A stretch of DNA of 64,000 nt from Candidatus Aminicenantes bacterium (GTDB lineage Bacteria; Acidobacteriota; Aminicenantia; Aminicenantales; JAFGAV01). Positions 39,901 to 49,002 of this stretch are shown one piece after another. The translations under genes were made by a program, and so were the position numbers. The notes below the pieces were generated by a model that did not search any database, was not told the origin of the DNA, and saw nothing but the letters and a program-made list of their open reading frames with translations. The stretch is taken from positions 750,626-814,625 of the forward strand of contig OY969762.1 in NCBI GenBank assembly GCA_963702835.1, in the 5' to 3' direction. Numbering within the stretch: position 1 is the first letter of the stretch; each line of letters starts with the position of its first letter.

Positions 39901-40275
39901 GTAAATGATTTTCCCGTCCGGCGTCCAGCCCACGACGGCCGAGGTCTGGCCGGAGAACGTGCGGCGGACCGGGAGTCCGCCGGCCAGGGGCATGGTGTAC
40001 ACCTCGGTAGGTCCCTCATACTGAGCGGAGAAAGCGACAGTTGTCCCGTCGGGAGAGATGGCCGGGTTGGTCTCGAGCCCGGGGTGGGTCGTCAGGCGGA
40101 CGGCCGTCCCTCCCTTGATATCGACCGACCAGAGGTCTCCTTCCGAGGTGAAAACAACCGTATTCCCGTGAATAGCGGGGAAGCGGTAATATCCGTTCCG
40201 GCCGGCAGGAAAAGAGGGGAGGGTCATCACAGCCAGGGTCAGGACGACGGCCAAGAGGGCGAAGGTTTTTTTCAT
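36973..40275 (-). CDS. Tricorn protease homolog (beta-propellers, PDZ and S41 peptidase)
   Basis: The ORF is 1100 aa with a signal peptide. Tricorn-type N-terminal propeller repeats (PAISPDG...VAFS) and a C-terminal S41-like domain are present. Confidence 0.85.
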   Translation of the reverse strand: MKKTFALLAVVLTLAVMTLPSFPAGRNGYYRFPAIHGNTVVFTSEGDLWSVDIKGGTAVRLTTHPGLETNPAISPDGTTVAFSAQYEGPTEVYTMPLAGGLPVRRTFSGQTSAVVGWTPDGKIIYATQKYSTLPNTQLVVLDPKTNTENILPLSQAADGSFDPAGRALYFTRLPFQGSYTKRYKGGTAQNLWRYTAGDPEASPLTADYPGTSKNPMFWQGRVYFVSDRDGTMNLWSIDPQGGALKQHTFHKGFDVSWPSLHNGKIAYQLVADLRLYDIGSGQDRPIDITLPSDFDQMREKWVSKPLDYLTSVHLSPSGDRLVLISRGNVFVAPVEDGRWIRVSRQDGVRSRTARFLGDGKILMILSDQTGEWEFLRTPADGLGQEEQLTSGAKVIRFDGIPSPDGRSIAFADKDNQLWVYSLDKKTLSRVAESPNGMFDDLAWSADSQWLAFGQTADNSFQQVMLLNATTGQISELTDNRVDSYNPAWSPDGKWLYFLSDRYLRSAVGSPWGPRQPEPYFDKTTKIYALALTAKETFPFAPSNELTKEDKAQKEAKEAKAPAGEPAKAEKPAESKGPKAAAAKVVMELAGIQDRIFEVPLPAGAYSQLAVCEKMLFFIDRESAAAGRNKLQAIEIKNRNVQAKTVLEDIRNFELSADGKKILVQKDSDLYVIDAAASAPPALGEKKVDMSRWTFSIDPRQEWRQMFIDAWRMERDYFYDRNLHNVDYQGLLQRHRPFVDRVSDRAELNDLLAHLVGELSALHTFVRGGDVRQGADNVALGSLGARLARDEAGGGYRVEHIYRSDPEYPERCSPLGQPMLNIREGDLIMAINGAPTVGVADPSLLLRNTAGLQVLLEVKPAAGGEAFKAIVYPLTTGAESDLRYAEWEYTRRLEVEKAGKGKIGYLHLRAMGGDNYTEWAKNFYPVFDRQGLIIDVRHNRGGNIDSWILEKLLRRAWFYWQGRVGRPTWNMQYAFRGHLVVLCDEYTASDGEAFSEGFRRLGLGQVIGMRTWGGEIWLSQSNILVDRGIASAAETGVYSPEGEWLIEGHGVEPDIVVDNLPRAAFRGKDAQLEAAVKYLQEKIEKKPVEVPKHPAYPDKRK

Positions 40276-40501
40276 AATGAGAACTCCTTTCTCGAACTCC
40301 AGACGATGAGCCCCTATTGTAAGAACCAGAAGAGGTATTTTTCAAGAGGCCACCGCCCGCTCAGATCGCTTATCAGGAAGAGATCTATGCGGCGGGTTCG
40401 TTGGAACTGCGCCGCAGCGCCGTTTGATCCTTGGAGAGCCAAGGCCGATTTGCGCTGACCGGGTGTTTTCGGCTATTTTTATAGAGGACGCGAATAAGAC
40501 G

Positions 40502-41179
40502 ATGATCGTTCTGCTCATCATTGTCCTCGTGGCTTTCATCGCCGCGGGCATCTATCTCAGCTTGTGGCTGGCCGCCAAGCGCCGCAATGAGCTGTCCGAC
40601 TGGGGCGCCGCGCACGGCCTGACCTTCTCGCCCGCGAAAGACGGCTCGCTGGAATCCCGGTTCCCCGCGTTCAACTGCCTCCGGTCCGGTGATCACCGCT
40701 ATGCTGAAAACATCTTGACCGGAAAATGGTCAGACCGCGATTTCCTGAGTTTTGATTATCACTATGAGACGCACACGCAAAGCAGTAAGGGCGGAACGCA
40801 GACGCAGCACCACCACTTTTCCGCCGTCGTTCTCTCCAGTCCTGTCCTGCTCAAACCCCTGTTCATCCGGCCGGAGGGATTGTTCGACAAGCTGGCCGGG
40901 TTCTTCGGGTTCGATGACATCAATTTCGAGTCGGCCGAGTTTAGCCGCAAGTTCTACGTCAAGTCGCCCGATAAAAAGTGGGCCTACGACGTGATCCACC
41001 AGCGCACGATGGAATTCATACTCGGAATGCCCAAGTTCAGCCTGCAGTTCGACGGACACTCGGCCATCGCTTGGCGCAGTTCGACGTTCAAAACCCAGGA
41101 CTTCGAGCAGGCTGCGGAACTGATCACGGGGATCCTCGAGCGCTTGCCGGAATACCTCGTGCAGCAGCAAATGTCCTAA
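40502..41179 (+). CDS. Membrane-anchored hypothetical protein (DUF3137-like; LemA-associated)
   Basis: A single N-terminal TM (MIVLLIIVLVAFIAAGIYLSLWLAA) is followed by a soluble domain. The gene lies immediately upstream of lemA. Confidence 0.45.
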   Translation: MIVLLIIVLVAFIAAGIYLSLWLAAKRRNELSDWGAAHGLTFSPAKDGSLESRFPAFNCLRSGDHRYAENILTGKWSDRDFLSFDYHYETHTQSSKGGTQTQHHHFSAVVLSSPVLLKPLFIRPEGLFDKLAGFFGFDDINFESAEFSRKFYVKSPDKKWAYDVIHQRTMEFILGMPKFSLQFDGHSAIAWRSSTFKTQDFEQAAELITGILERLPEYLVQQQMS

Positions 41180-41194
41180 CCGTAGGAGTCAGTC

Positions 41195-41755
41195 ATGGAA
41201 CCCATCGTGATCATCATCATTGCCGTTGTCGTGCTCCTTATCGCCTGGATTATCGGCATGTACAACTCTCTCGTTAAAATTCGCCAGCAGTGCCGCGAGT
41301 CCTGGTCGGTGATCGACACCGAGCTTAAGCGCCGCTACGACCTGATCCCGAACCTGGTTGAAACCGTCAAGGGTTACGTCAAGCACGAGAGCGGCGTGCT
41401 CCAGGCCGTGACCGAGGCTCGCAGCAAAGCCGTGGCCTCGACCGGTTCGCCCGCCAGCCAGGCGGCCGACGAGAACGTCCTGGTCGGCGCGATGAGGCAG
41501 ATGTATGGCGTCGTGGAGCGCTACCCCGACCTCAAGGCCAACCAGAACTTCCTGAAACTGCAGGAGGAGCTGGCGAACACGGAAGACCGCATCCAGGCCG
41601 CCCGCCGCTTCTACAACGCCAATGTCCGCGACATGAACACCAAGGTCGAAGTCTTTCCCTCCAATATCCTCGCCGGAATGTTCGGGTTCAATCGGGAGGA
41701 ATTCTTCGAGATCGAGGACACCGGCATCCGAACCCCGCCGGCGGTCAAGGTCTAG
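41195..41755 (+). CDS. lemA: LemA family protein
   Basis: An N-terminal TM precedes the conserved LemA core (YNSLV...RYDLIPNLVETVKGY..HE..VL..VTEAR...YPDLKAN.NF..LQ.EL..TE.RI..AR..YN). Confidence 0.8.
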   Translation: MEPIVIIIIAVVVLLIAWIIGMYNSLVKIRQQCRESWSVIDTELKRRYDLIPNLVETVKGYVKHESGVLQAVTEARSKAVASTGSPASQAADENVLVGAMRQMYGVVERYPDLKANQNFLKLQEELANTEDRIQAARRFYNANVRDMNTKVEVFPSNILAGMFGFNREEFFEIEDTGIRTPPAVKV

Positions 41756-42101
41756 TTTTTCCGACCCTTGGGGCGTTACCTTCGCAGCGATCGAAGATGC
41801 TATGGCCCAAAAGCGATTCGGGTCGGACCGAGCTCGTGCATTTATTATCAACTAATTAGAAGGATAATCGACGGCAATATTAGCCAATTTAAGGGCAATT
41901 CAGGGCCAAAAAAGTTTGAATTTGTTTTTATTCAAGGTATCGGTGACGTAGATAGTGAGCATTTTTTGCCCTAAAAACATGGCATTTTGGGGGTAAAAAG
42001 GCAAAGTATTGAAGCTAACTTTTTGATTCCAAAATAGAACCCTCGGTCTGACCCCACGCACCCTCGCTTTGGTCGATATATGGTCAAGATGCGTAACTCA
42101 T

Positions 42102-42596
42102 TTATGTTTTGCTGATTCCTTCTGGCCCCCATGTAGAAATTATAGTGCCGATGAATTTGGTCCGGCTATCGCTTTGCATCCTGGGGGAATCTAAATCTAA
42201 AACAGGGCTATCAACCCTCAACTCTACTGCCCCATACTGTTGAGGCAGAATATTCCTTGCGGAGATTGTCATCCACGAGCCTCCATCGCCCGGGGCGACC
42301 AATTCAAAAGGAGCATCTGTCTCCATTATGCTAAATATGCCATTTTTGCTAGTGATATCAGCAGTAAAATATTGGGCGGGTGCATTGCCGCGATTGCAGA
42401 TCACTACCGCGAGATGCTTGCCGCAGCCTTGATAGCTGACCACGATAAACGGTTTTTTAGCGAACGGGAAGCGTCCTTTTTGAGCGTTCAGTGCCATCAA
42501 AATTATCCCAACAAGCACGCCAGCGACAATAGTAATAATCATGTTCAAGCCAGTGATTCCGCTTTGCCTTTCTTGGACAAGATATAGGCCTGGCAC
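42102..42596 (-). CDS. Hypothetical membrane-anchored protein (N-terminal TM plus about 130-aa beta-rich domain) in a low-GC island
   Basis: The TM segment is MIITIVAGVLVGIILMAL, and the true start is possibly at 42542. It is transcribed divergently from the SIR2-like gene. Confidence 0.45.
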   Translation of the reverse strand: MPGLYLVQERQSGITGLNMIITIVAGVLVGIILMALNAQKGRFPFAKKPFIVVSYQGCGKHLAVVICNRGNAPAQYFTADITSKNGIFSIMETDAPFELVAPGDGGSWMTISARNILPQQYGAVELRVDSPVLDLDSPRMQSDSRTKFIGTIISTWGPEGISKT

Positions 42597-42746
42597 AGCT
42601 GCAATGTCAAGGGGAAGAAGAGTGATCAGGATCAGGTTTTCTCACCCCCCGTCTCCCAGTAGCCTACCGGCCCATCTCCCTTGACATACCCTCGCCTTTG
42701 GGAAAAAATCTATAAATTAAGATAGGGCTTTGTTTCGAGGACCAAA

Positions 42747-43658
42747 ATGATCCTATCAAGAACTGTTTTTATCCTCGGGGCTGGAGCAAGTTGCGATTTT
42801 AAGTTTCCGTCGGGGCAACGTCTGGTTGATATCATCGTCGACCATCTCGACCACCGAAAGGATAATGAATGGCGCGATATTCTGGGGACACTTGGACATA
42901 GGCATCATTCTGATATAGATAATTTCGCAACTTATTTAAAGAAAAGTCACCTTTACTCGATTGATGAATTCCTGTTGAGACATTCAGAGTTCATGGAGCT
43001 AGCTAAGAAGTGCATCGCTCTTGCTCTAATCCCGTTCGAGAAGGATGAGAATCTGTCTGGAGATCACTGGTGCAGGTATCTATTTAATAACCTGGTTGAT
43101 AGCGTAACAGATTGGCGCAAATTGCGGGAAAACGAGCTCTCCATAATCACCTTCAATTATGATAGATCACTAGATCATTATTTGTTTGAAGGCTTAAAGC
43201 ATACCTTTTCTCTTTCCCCACAAGACACACTTTGGGCTTTTGAGACTATCCCTATAGTTCATGTTTATGGAAAGTTGGGGGGACTCCCCGGATGCGCAGG
43301 AGGCGCAAAAGAGGAGAGGGAATATACTCCTGCTTTGGACTGGGGAGAAGTCAGCCGAGCAGCGAGCCAAATCATAACAATCCCCGAATTGCTAAAAGAG
43401 AAGCCTGACACAATAGATCACGCAATTAGCTTACTCAATAGGGATAATGAAAGCATCTATCTGCTTGGCTTTGGCTACAATAACAAGAACTTGGAGATGC
43501 TTCATTTTGATCGGGCTAGAGCCAATAGGAAAAATGGCACCTGCGTGGGATTGGGCCTGGCCGAACGGGAGTATGTTTCCAGGGAATGGAAAATCCTTTT
43601 CCCCAGCTTTGGAAAATATATAATGGATTTCATGAAGGAAGAGGTATCTTGGCGGTGA
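42747..43658 (+). CDS. SIR2-like (SIR2_2-type) NAD+-binding/NADase domain protein, standalone
   Basis: Four family motifs appear in order: VFILGAGASCDFKFPSG (GAGxS), SIITFNYD (TNYD-like), IVHVYGKL (H-x-HG) and IYLLGFGYNNKN (GYS-like). The local GC is about 40-45% versus about 62% in the flanks. Confidence 0.6.
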   Translation: MILSRTVFILGAGASCDFKFPSGQRLVDIIVDHLDHRKDNEWRDILGTLGHRHHSDIDNFATYLKKSHLYSIDEFLLRHSEFMELAKKCIALALIPFEKDENLSGDHWCRYLFNNLVDSVTDWRKLRENELSIITFNYDRSLDHYLFEGLKHTFSLSPQDTLWAFETIPIVHVYGKLGGLPGCAGGAKEEREYTPALDWGEVSRAASQIITIPELLKEKPDTIDHAISLLNRDNESIYLLGFGYNNKNLEMLHFDRARANRKNGTCVGLGLAEREYVSREWKILFPSFGKYIMDFMKEEVSWR

Positions 43659-44133
43659 GCACCAATCAACTATCTTTACACCAGCGTTTCCGCGTAGCCG
43701 ACGATATAAAGATGTGCGGTGTTTGTTTTGGTGATGTTATAGTCGATCGTTTCGATGAAGGTCGTGGCTTTCCTCACGGATTTCTCCGTGGTGGACAGGA
43801 TCATCGACCACCTTAAGCTGACCTTTGTCACGGACAGGCCCCCCGCCCCCTCAGGCCATCTCGCAGGAACTCTTGATGGCCGCTGATGTTTCGGCCGAAT
43901 ATTTCTTATAAAGCTCTCTTATGCCGAGGGGTAGGTCCGGGTGATTTCCGCCTCTCGGGCACCGTGGCCGGTTTCCGGGTCGCCCCCTTCGCTCTCCAGC
44001 CTACTGATTACTTCTGGGTCGAGATGTAAGCTTCCTAAGGGTGGCGATAGGGGATAATCGATGCCCAACCGTGCCCTGCTTGAAGATTTCACTTCAGAGG
44101 TGCTACATTGAGCGGGGGCAGGTCAGTTGACGC

Positions 44134-45093
44134 TCAATTCTTTTTTTCAGTCAGCTCCAGGTAGATCACTTCCACTAAGCTGGGCCAGCGCCGTCCGCCG
44201 GCCGCCGCCTGGTCCACGATGTTGAAGGCCTTTTTTATGTCATCCAGGTTTTTCTTCTCGGCGATAAGGGCCTTCACTTTGTCCAATCTTTCCTGGATAT
44301 AGGCCAATCCCTTCTCCAGCTCGGCTTTGCCCTCCGGCTCGTTGTGGCCGCAAACATAGATATCGGCGTCCAGGGCCAGCAGCGCTTTCAGGGTTTTAAC
44401 CGCGCCCAGGACGCTTCCATTCTTTTGACGATGGATGAGCGGGTCGCGGCCGACGAACAGCAGGTCGCCGATGAAGGCAACTTTATCCTCGGGAATATAG
44501 ACGACTGCGTCGCCGTCCGTGTGGGCCGGGCCGAAATAGAAAAGCTCGAGGCGCTTCCCCCCCGAGAAAATAGTCATGGTTTCGGTGAAGGTTATGTTGG
44601 GCAGGTAGGCTTGCTGGCGAGGATCCAGAAAGGCGGCGGCCATATGCTTCCGGGTGTTATCCTGAGAGACGATCACCAGCCCGGCCGGGAATCCGGTCAG
44701 GCCGTTGACATGGTCACCGTCGCTGTGAGTAAGGAGGACGGTTGTCAGGGGAACCGGAGCGAGCTTTTTCGCTTCGTCCAGCATTTTTTTGGCCGATTCA
44801 TCGGTCATCTTGGCGTCAATGATAAACGCCTCTTTGTCCGTCCAGAACAGGCCACAGTTGGCGCCGCTGCCGCCCACAATTTCATAAATGTTTCCCCGTA
44901 TATGGGTCAGGGTGAGGGGAGGGGGTTCCGGTTGGGCCTGAGCTGGCCGGCCCTGCGGCTGCTGGGCTAGGGCCGCTCCAAACACAAGACAGATGGCAAG
45001 GATAATTCCGTAAAGAGGCCGATGGGATTTCATGGACATGTCACTCTCCTTCAAAAAATACACCGCCCGCGAGCTTTTCCTCAAAAAGATCAA
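44134..45093 (-). CDS. MBL-fold metallo-hydrolase (secreted)
   Basis: A signal peptide (MKSHRPLYGIILAICLVFGAALA) precedes the MBL motif region (LLTHSDGDHVNG...H...D...CGH). Confidence 0.75.
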   Translation of the reverse strand: MIFLRKSSRAVYFLKESDMSMKSHRPLYGIILAICLVFGAALAQQPQGRPAQAQPEPPPLTLTHIRGNIYEIVGGSGANCGLFWTDKEAFIIDAKMTDESAKKMLDEAKKLAPVPLTTVLLTHSDGDHVNGLTGFPAGLVIVSQDNTRKHMAAAFLDPRQQAYLPNITFTETMTIFSGGKRLELFYFGPAHTDGDAVVYIPEDKVAFIGDLLFVGRDPLIHRQKNGSVLGAVKTLKALLALDADIYVCGHNEPEGKAELEKGLAYIQERLDKVKALIAEKKNLDDIKKAFNIVDQAAAGGRRWPSLVEVIYLELTEKKN

Positions 45094-45137
45094 CCCGCGG
45101 AGTTCGGCGTCGCGGATTTGAACTCAAGCGAGCTTGA

Positions 45138-46064
45138 TTATTTTTTTCTTGGATTTTTGGCCCGAGGCTTGGATTTTTTCGAGGATTTGGCTTTCGTTTC
45201 GAGCGCGCGCTGGACCATCAGCCCGATGTCGGCCGGGCTCTTGGCCACATGCACTCCCGCGGATTTGAGGGCCGCCATTTTTTCGGCAGCCGTGCCCTTG
45301 CCCCCGGCGATGATGGCCCCGGCATGTCCCATCCGGCGTCCGGGAGGGGCGGTTTGGCCGGCAATGAACCCGACCACGGGCTTGGGAAATTCTTTCTTGA
45401 TGAAGGCGGCCGCCTCTTCCTCGGCCGTTCCGCCGATCTCGCCGATCAGGATGACCGCCTCCGTCTCGTTGTCTTCGCCGAACAGCTTCAGCAAGTCGAT
45501 GTATTTCAGGCCGACGATGGGGTCGCCGCCGATGCCGATGGCTGTGGACTGCCCGACGCCGAGCTGGCTGACCTGGTCCACCGCCTCGTAGGTCAGGGTC
45601 CCGGAGCGGGAGATAATGCCCACCCGGCCCGGCCGGTGGATAGCGCCCGGCATGATGCCGATCTTGCATTTGCCGGGAGAGATGACGCCGGGCGTGTTCG
45701 GCCCGATGAGCCGGGTCGTCTTGTCCCGGAGATAGGCCTTGACCTTGATCATGTCGAAGGTGGGGATGCCCTCGGTGATGCAGACCACCAGGCCCAGGCC
45801 GGCTTCGGCGCACTCCATGATGGCGTCGGCGGCGGCATAGGGCGGGACAAAAATGGCCCCGGCGTTGGCCCCCGTCTCCTTCACCGCGTCGGCCACCGTG
45901 TTGAAAACCGGGACGCCCAGGTGGGTCTGGCCGCCCTTGCCGGGCGTCATGCCGGCCACCACCTTGGTGCCGTATTCCTGCATTTTCTGGGTATGAAAGG
46001 TGCCCTCTCCGCCGGTGATGCCCAGCACGACCAGCCGCGTCTTTTTATCGATCAGGATGCTCAT
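45138..46064 (-). CDS. sucD: Succinyl-CoA synthetase alpha subunit with a Lys-rich C-terminal tail
   Basis: CoA-binding and phospho-His regions are present (MGHAGAI). The tail reads [18 protein letters not shown]. Confidence 0.9.
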   Translation of the reverse strand: MSILIDKKTRLVVLGITGGEGTFHTQKMQEYGTKVVAGMTPGKGGQTHLGVPVFNTVADAVKETGANAGAIFVPPYAAADAIMECAEAGLGLVVCITEGIPTFDMIKVKAYLRDKTTRLIGPNTPGVISPGKCKIGIMPGAIHRPGRVGIISRSGTLTYEAVDQVSQLGVGQSTAIGIGGDPIVGLKYIDLLKLFGEDNETEAVILIGEIGGTAEEEAAAFIKKEFPKPVVGFIAGQTAPPGRRMGHAGAIIAGGKGTAAEKMAALKSAGVHVAKSPADIGLMVQRALETKAKSSKKSKPRAKNPRKK

Positions 46065-46076
46065 TGTCCTCTCTCC

Positions 46077-47234
46077 TCACTTGACCAGCGCGACGACCTT
46101 CTCCGCCGCTTCCTTCATGGTGTCGGCCGAGCGGAAGGACATACCCGAGGCGGCCAGGATCTTCTTGCCCTCCTCCATGTTGGTGCCCTTGAGCCGGACG
46201 ACCAAGGGGATCTTGAGCCCGACCTCTTTGGCCGCTTTGACGATGCCGCTGGCCACCAGGTCGCAGCGGACGATGCCGCCGAAGATGTTGATCAAGGCGG
46301 CCTTGACGTCCTTATCCGCCACCAGGATCTTGAAGGCGTTGGTCACCGCCTCCTCCGACACGCCGCCGCCCACGTCCAGGAAGTTGGCCGGCATGCCGCC
46401 CGAAAGCATGATGATGTCCATGGTGGCCATGGCCAGGCCGGCGCCGTTGACCATGCAGCCCACCGTGCCGTCCAGCTTGATGTAGTTGAGGTTGTATTTG
46501 GAGGCTTCCACCTCAAGGGGCGACTCCTCGTTGAGGTCCCTCATGGCGGCGATGTCGGGGTGGCGGCCCAGGGCGTTGTCGTCGAAGTTCATCTTGGCGT
46601 CGAGGGCCAGGACGCCGCCCTGCTTTGTCACCAGGAGCGGGTTGATCTCGGCCAGGGAAGCGTCCGACCCCTCGAAGGCACGGTACAGGCCGGAGATGAA
46701 TTTGACTCCCTGTTTGAAAGCCTCTCCGCTGAGCCCGAGCCGGAAAGCAAGCTGACGGGCCTGGAACCCCGCCAGGCCAATGGCCGGGTTGATATATTCC
46801 TTGAAGATGAGCTCGGGATGTTCGGCCGCCACTTTCTCGATCTCCACCCCGCCTTCCGGGGAGGCCATGACCACTGCCGCCTCACGGGCCCGGTCGATGA
46901 CCAGGCCCAGGTAGAGCTCCCGGGCGATGTCGAGCGCTTCCTCGACCAGGAGGCGCTTGACGACCTTACCCTCGGGCCCGGTTTGATGGGTGATGAGGGT
47001 CATGCCGATCATCTGAGAAGCCGTTTCTTTGGCTTCCTGTGGGGAGTTGACCAGCTTGATGCCGCCGCCTTTGCCCCGGCCGCCGGCATGGATCTGGGCC
47101 TTGAGGACGACCCGAGGGCCGATCTTTTGGGCGATCTCAGCCGCCTTGTCCGGTGTTTCAGCCACTTCCCCCCGCGGGATTTGAACCCCATACTTGGCCA
47201 GGATCTGTTTGGCTTGATACTCGTGGATTTTCAT
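46077..47234 (-). CDS. sucC: Succinyl-CoA synthetase beta subunit (ATP-grasp)
   Basis: [12 protein letters not shown]... matches SucC over the full length. Confidence 0.9.
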   Translation of the reverse strand: MKIHEYQAKQILAKYGVQIPRGEVAETPDKAAEIAQKIGPRVVLKAQIHAGGRGKGGGIKLVNSPQEAKETASQMIGMTLITHQTGPEGKVVKRLLVEEALDIARELYLGLVIDRAREAAVVMASPEGGVEIEKVAAEHPELIFKEYINPAIGLAGFQARQLAFRLGLSGEAFKQGVKFISGLYRAFEGSDASLAEINPLLVTKQGGVLALDAKMNFDDNALGRHPDIAAMRDLNEESPLEVEASKYNLNYIKLDGTVGCMVNGAGLAMATMDIIMLSGGMPANFLDVGGGVSEEAVTNAFKILVADKDVKAALINIFGGIVRCDLVASGIVKAAKEVGLKIPLVVRLKGTNMEEGKKILAASGMSFRSADTMKEAAEKVVALVK

Positions 47235-47361
47235 GATTCTTTTTCCCTTATCTAGAGACAGATAGGCTTGGGCTCTCTCCGGGCTGAACCAAAGATCAAG
47301 ACGAAGACCTTCGTCTCCGCTGCCGGAACGGGCCCTGGCCCTCTATCCGCCGGGCAGAATG

Positions 47362-47916
47362 TCACTTCACCCGGTACTTGGCTTTGCCGTCCTCGTACAG
47401 GTCGCCGCCGTACATGTCGTTGATGACGATGCAGGGGAAATCCTTGACCTTGAGGCGGCGGATGGCTTCCGGCCCCAGCTCGGGATAGGCCAGGACCTCA
47501 TCCTTCTCGATGCTCTTGGAGATGAGCGCTCCGGCGCCGCCGACGGCAGCGAGGTAGACGGCCTTGTACTTCTTCAGGGCCTCTTTGACCTCCTTGCTCC
47601 GCTCGCCCTTGCCGATGGAGCCCTTGAGCCCCAGGCTGTGAAGAGTGGGCGCATAGGTATCCATGCGGTAGCTGGTGGTCGGGCCGGCCGAGCCGATTGG
47701 TTTTCCCGGACGGGCCGGCGTAGGGCCGACGTAGTAGATGAGCTGGCCCTTGATGTCCACCGGCAGCTCCTGGCCCCCTTTGATCAGGTCGATCAGCTTC
47801 TTGTGGGCCGAATCGCGGCCGGTCAGGAGGTAGCCGGTGATGAAGACCTTGTCGCCCGCCCGCAGCTTGGCCACGACTTCGTCGGTGACCGGAGTGGTGA
47901 TCCTATGTTCGGCCAT
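47362..47916 (-). CDS. Fe-S type hydro-lyase (class I fumarate hydratase / tartrate dehydratase) beta subunit
   Basis: The sequence ...GDKVFITGYLLTGRDSAHKKL...IYYVGPTPA...MDTYAP... has the FumB-beta/TtdB signature. No alpha subunit is adjacent. Confidence 0.7.
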   Translation of the reverse strand: MAEHRITTPVTDEVVAKLRAGDKVFITGYLLTGRDSAHKKLIDLIKGGQELPVDIKGQLIYYVGPTPARPGKPIGSAGPTTSYRMDTYAPTLHSLGLKGSIGKGERSKEVKEALKKYKAVYLAAVGGAGALISKSIEKDEVLAYPELGPEAIRRLKVKDFPCIVINDMYGGDLYEDGKAKYRVK

Positions 47917-47951
47917 GGGTCGGACCTCTCTTTCTCAGCTGGCCACCAAGC

Positions 47952-48884
47952 TCAGAGCTTGGTCTCCTCGGTCGTTTTCTTCACCGACTCGATGGTCTTG
48001 GCCAGCATGGCCTTCTCGTCATCAGCCAGCTTGATGGGGATGATCTTTTCCAGGCCCTTGGCTGAGATCAGGCAGGGCACGCCGATGAACAGGTTGTTGA
48101 TACCGAACTCACCCTGGCACAGCGCGGCGCAGGGCAGGATACGGCGTTTGTTCTTGAGATAGGACTCGGCGATGGCCAGGGCGCTCCAGGCCGGGCTGAA
48201 GAAGGCCGACCCCTTGCCGAAGAGCTTGACGATCTCGGTGCCCGCTTCGCGCGTGCGGGTGACCAGCTTGTCGATCTGCTCCTTGGTGGCGATCTCGGCC
48301 AGGGGCACGCCGCCCACCGTGGTCAGGCGGGGCAGGGGAACCATGTCCGGGCCGTGGCCGCCCAGGACGGTGCCGGCCACATCGGCCACCGACAGGTTCA
48401 GCTCCATGGCGATGAAAGCCCGCCAGCGGGCGGTGTCCAGAGTCCCGGCCATACCCACCACCTGGTGCTTGGGGAAGCCGGTCAATTTGTAGAAGGCATA
48501 GACCATGGCGTCCAGGGGATTGGTCAGGATGATGCAGAAGGCCTGGGGGGCATGCTTCTTCACGCCCTCGGCCACGGCGGTGATGATCTTGAGGTTGACG
48601 TTGAGCAAGTCCTCCCGGGTCATGCCCGCCTCGCGGGGTTTGCCGGCCGTGACGATGACCACATCGGCTCCCTCGATGTCCTTGTAGTCATTGGTCCCCG
48701 TGATGCTGGCGTCGTAATTGCCGTGGGGAGCCATCTCCATCAAGTCCAGGGCCTTGCCCTTGACCGGGTTGATATACTCCGGAATATCCAGGATGACGAT
48801 ATCCCCGAGCTCCTTTTGGGCCACCAGCATGGCCAGGATCTGTCCGATCTGGCCGCCGCCGATAACGGCGATCTTTTTCCTCAT
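47952..48884 (-). CDS. mdh: Malate dehydrogenase (LDH-like family)
   Basis: The NAD site is KIAVIGGGQIG. The catalytic region is VVIVTAGKPR...ILTNPLD... Confidence 0.9.
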   Translation of the reverse strand: MRKKIAVIGGGQIGQILAMLVAQKELGDIVILDIPEYINPVKGKALDLMEMAPHGNYDASITGTNDYKDIEGADVVIVTAGKPREAGMTREDLLNVNLKIITAVAEGVKKHAPQAFCIILTNPLDAMVYAFYKLTGFPKHQVVGMAGTLDTARWRAFIAMELNLSVADVAGTVLGGHGPDMVPLPRLTTVGGVPLAEIATKEQIDKLVTRTREAGTEIVKLFGKGSAFFSPAWSALAIAESYLKNKRRILPCAALCQGEFGINNLFIGVPCLISAKGLEKIIPIKLADDEKAMLAKTIESVKKTTEETKL

Positions 48885-49002
48885 GAATATGCCTCCTCGC
48901 TAGATTTTGTATCTATGAAAATGGCTAGATACGGCACTTTAAAGATAGGGTCAGGATAATGAATCCCGGCCCCGGCGTCAAGATTGGCAATGCCTTAGCC
49001 CC

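Noticed and set aside
45249-47255. 668-aa plus-strand ORF spanning sucD-sucC
   Set aside because: Antisense to two well-supported genes; Gly/Asp/Arg-rich composition with no homology signal.
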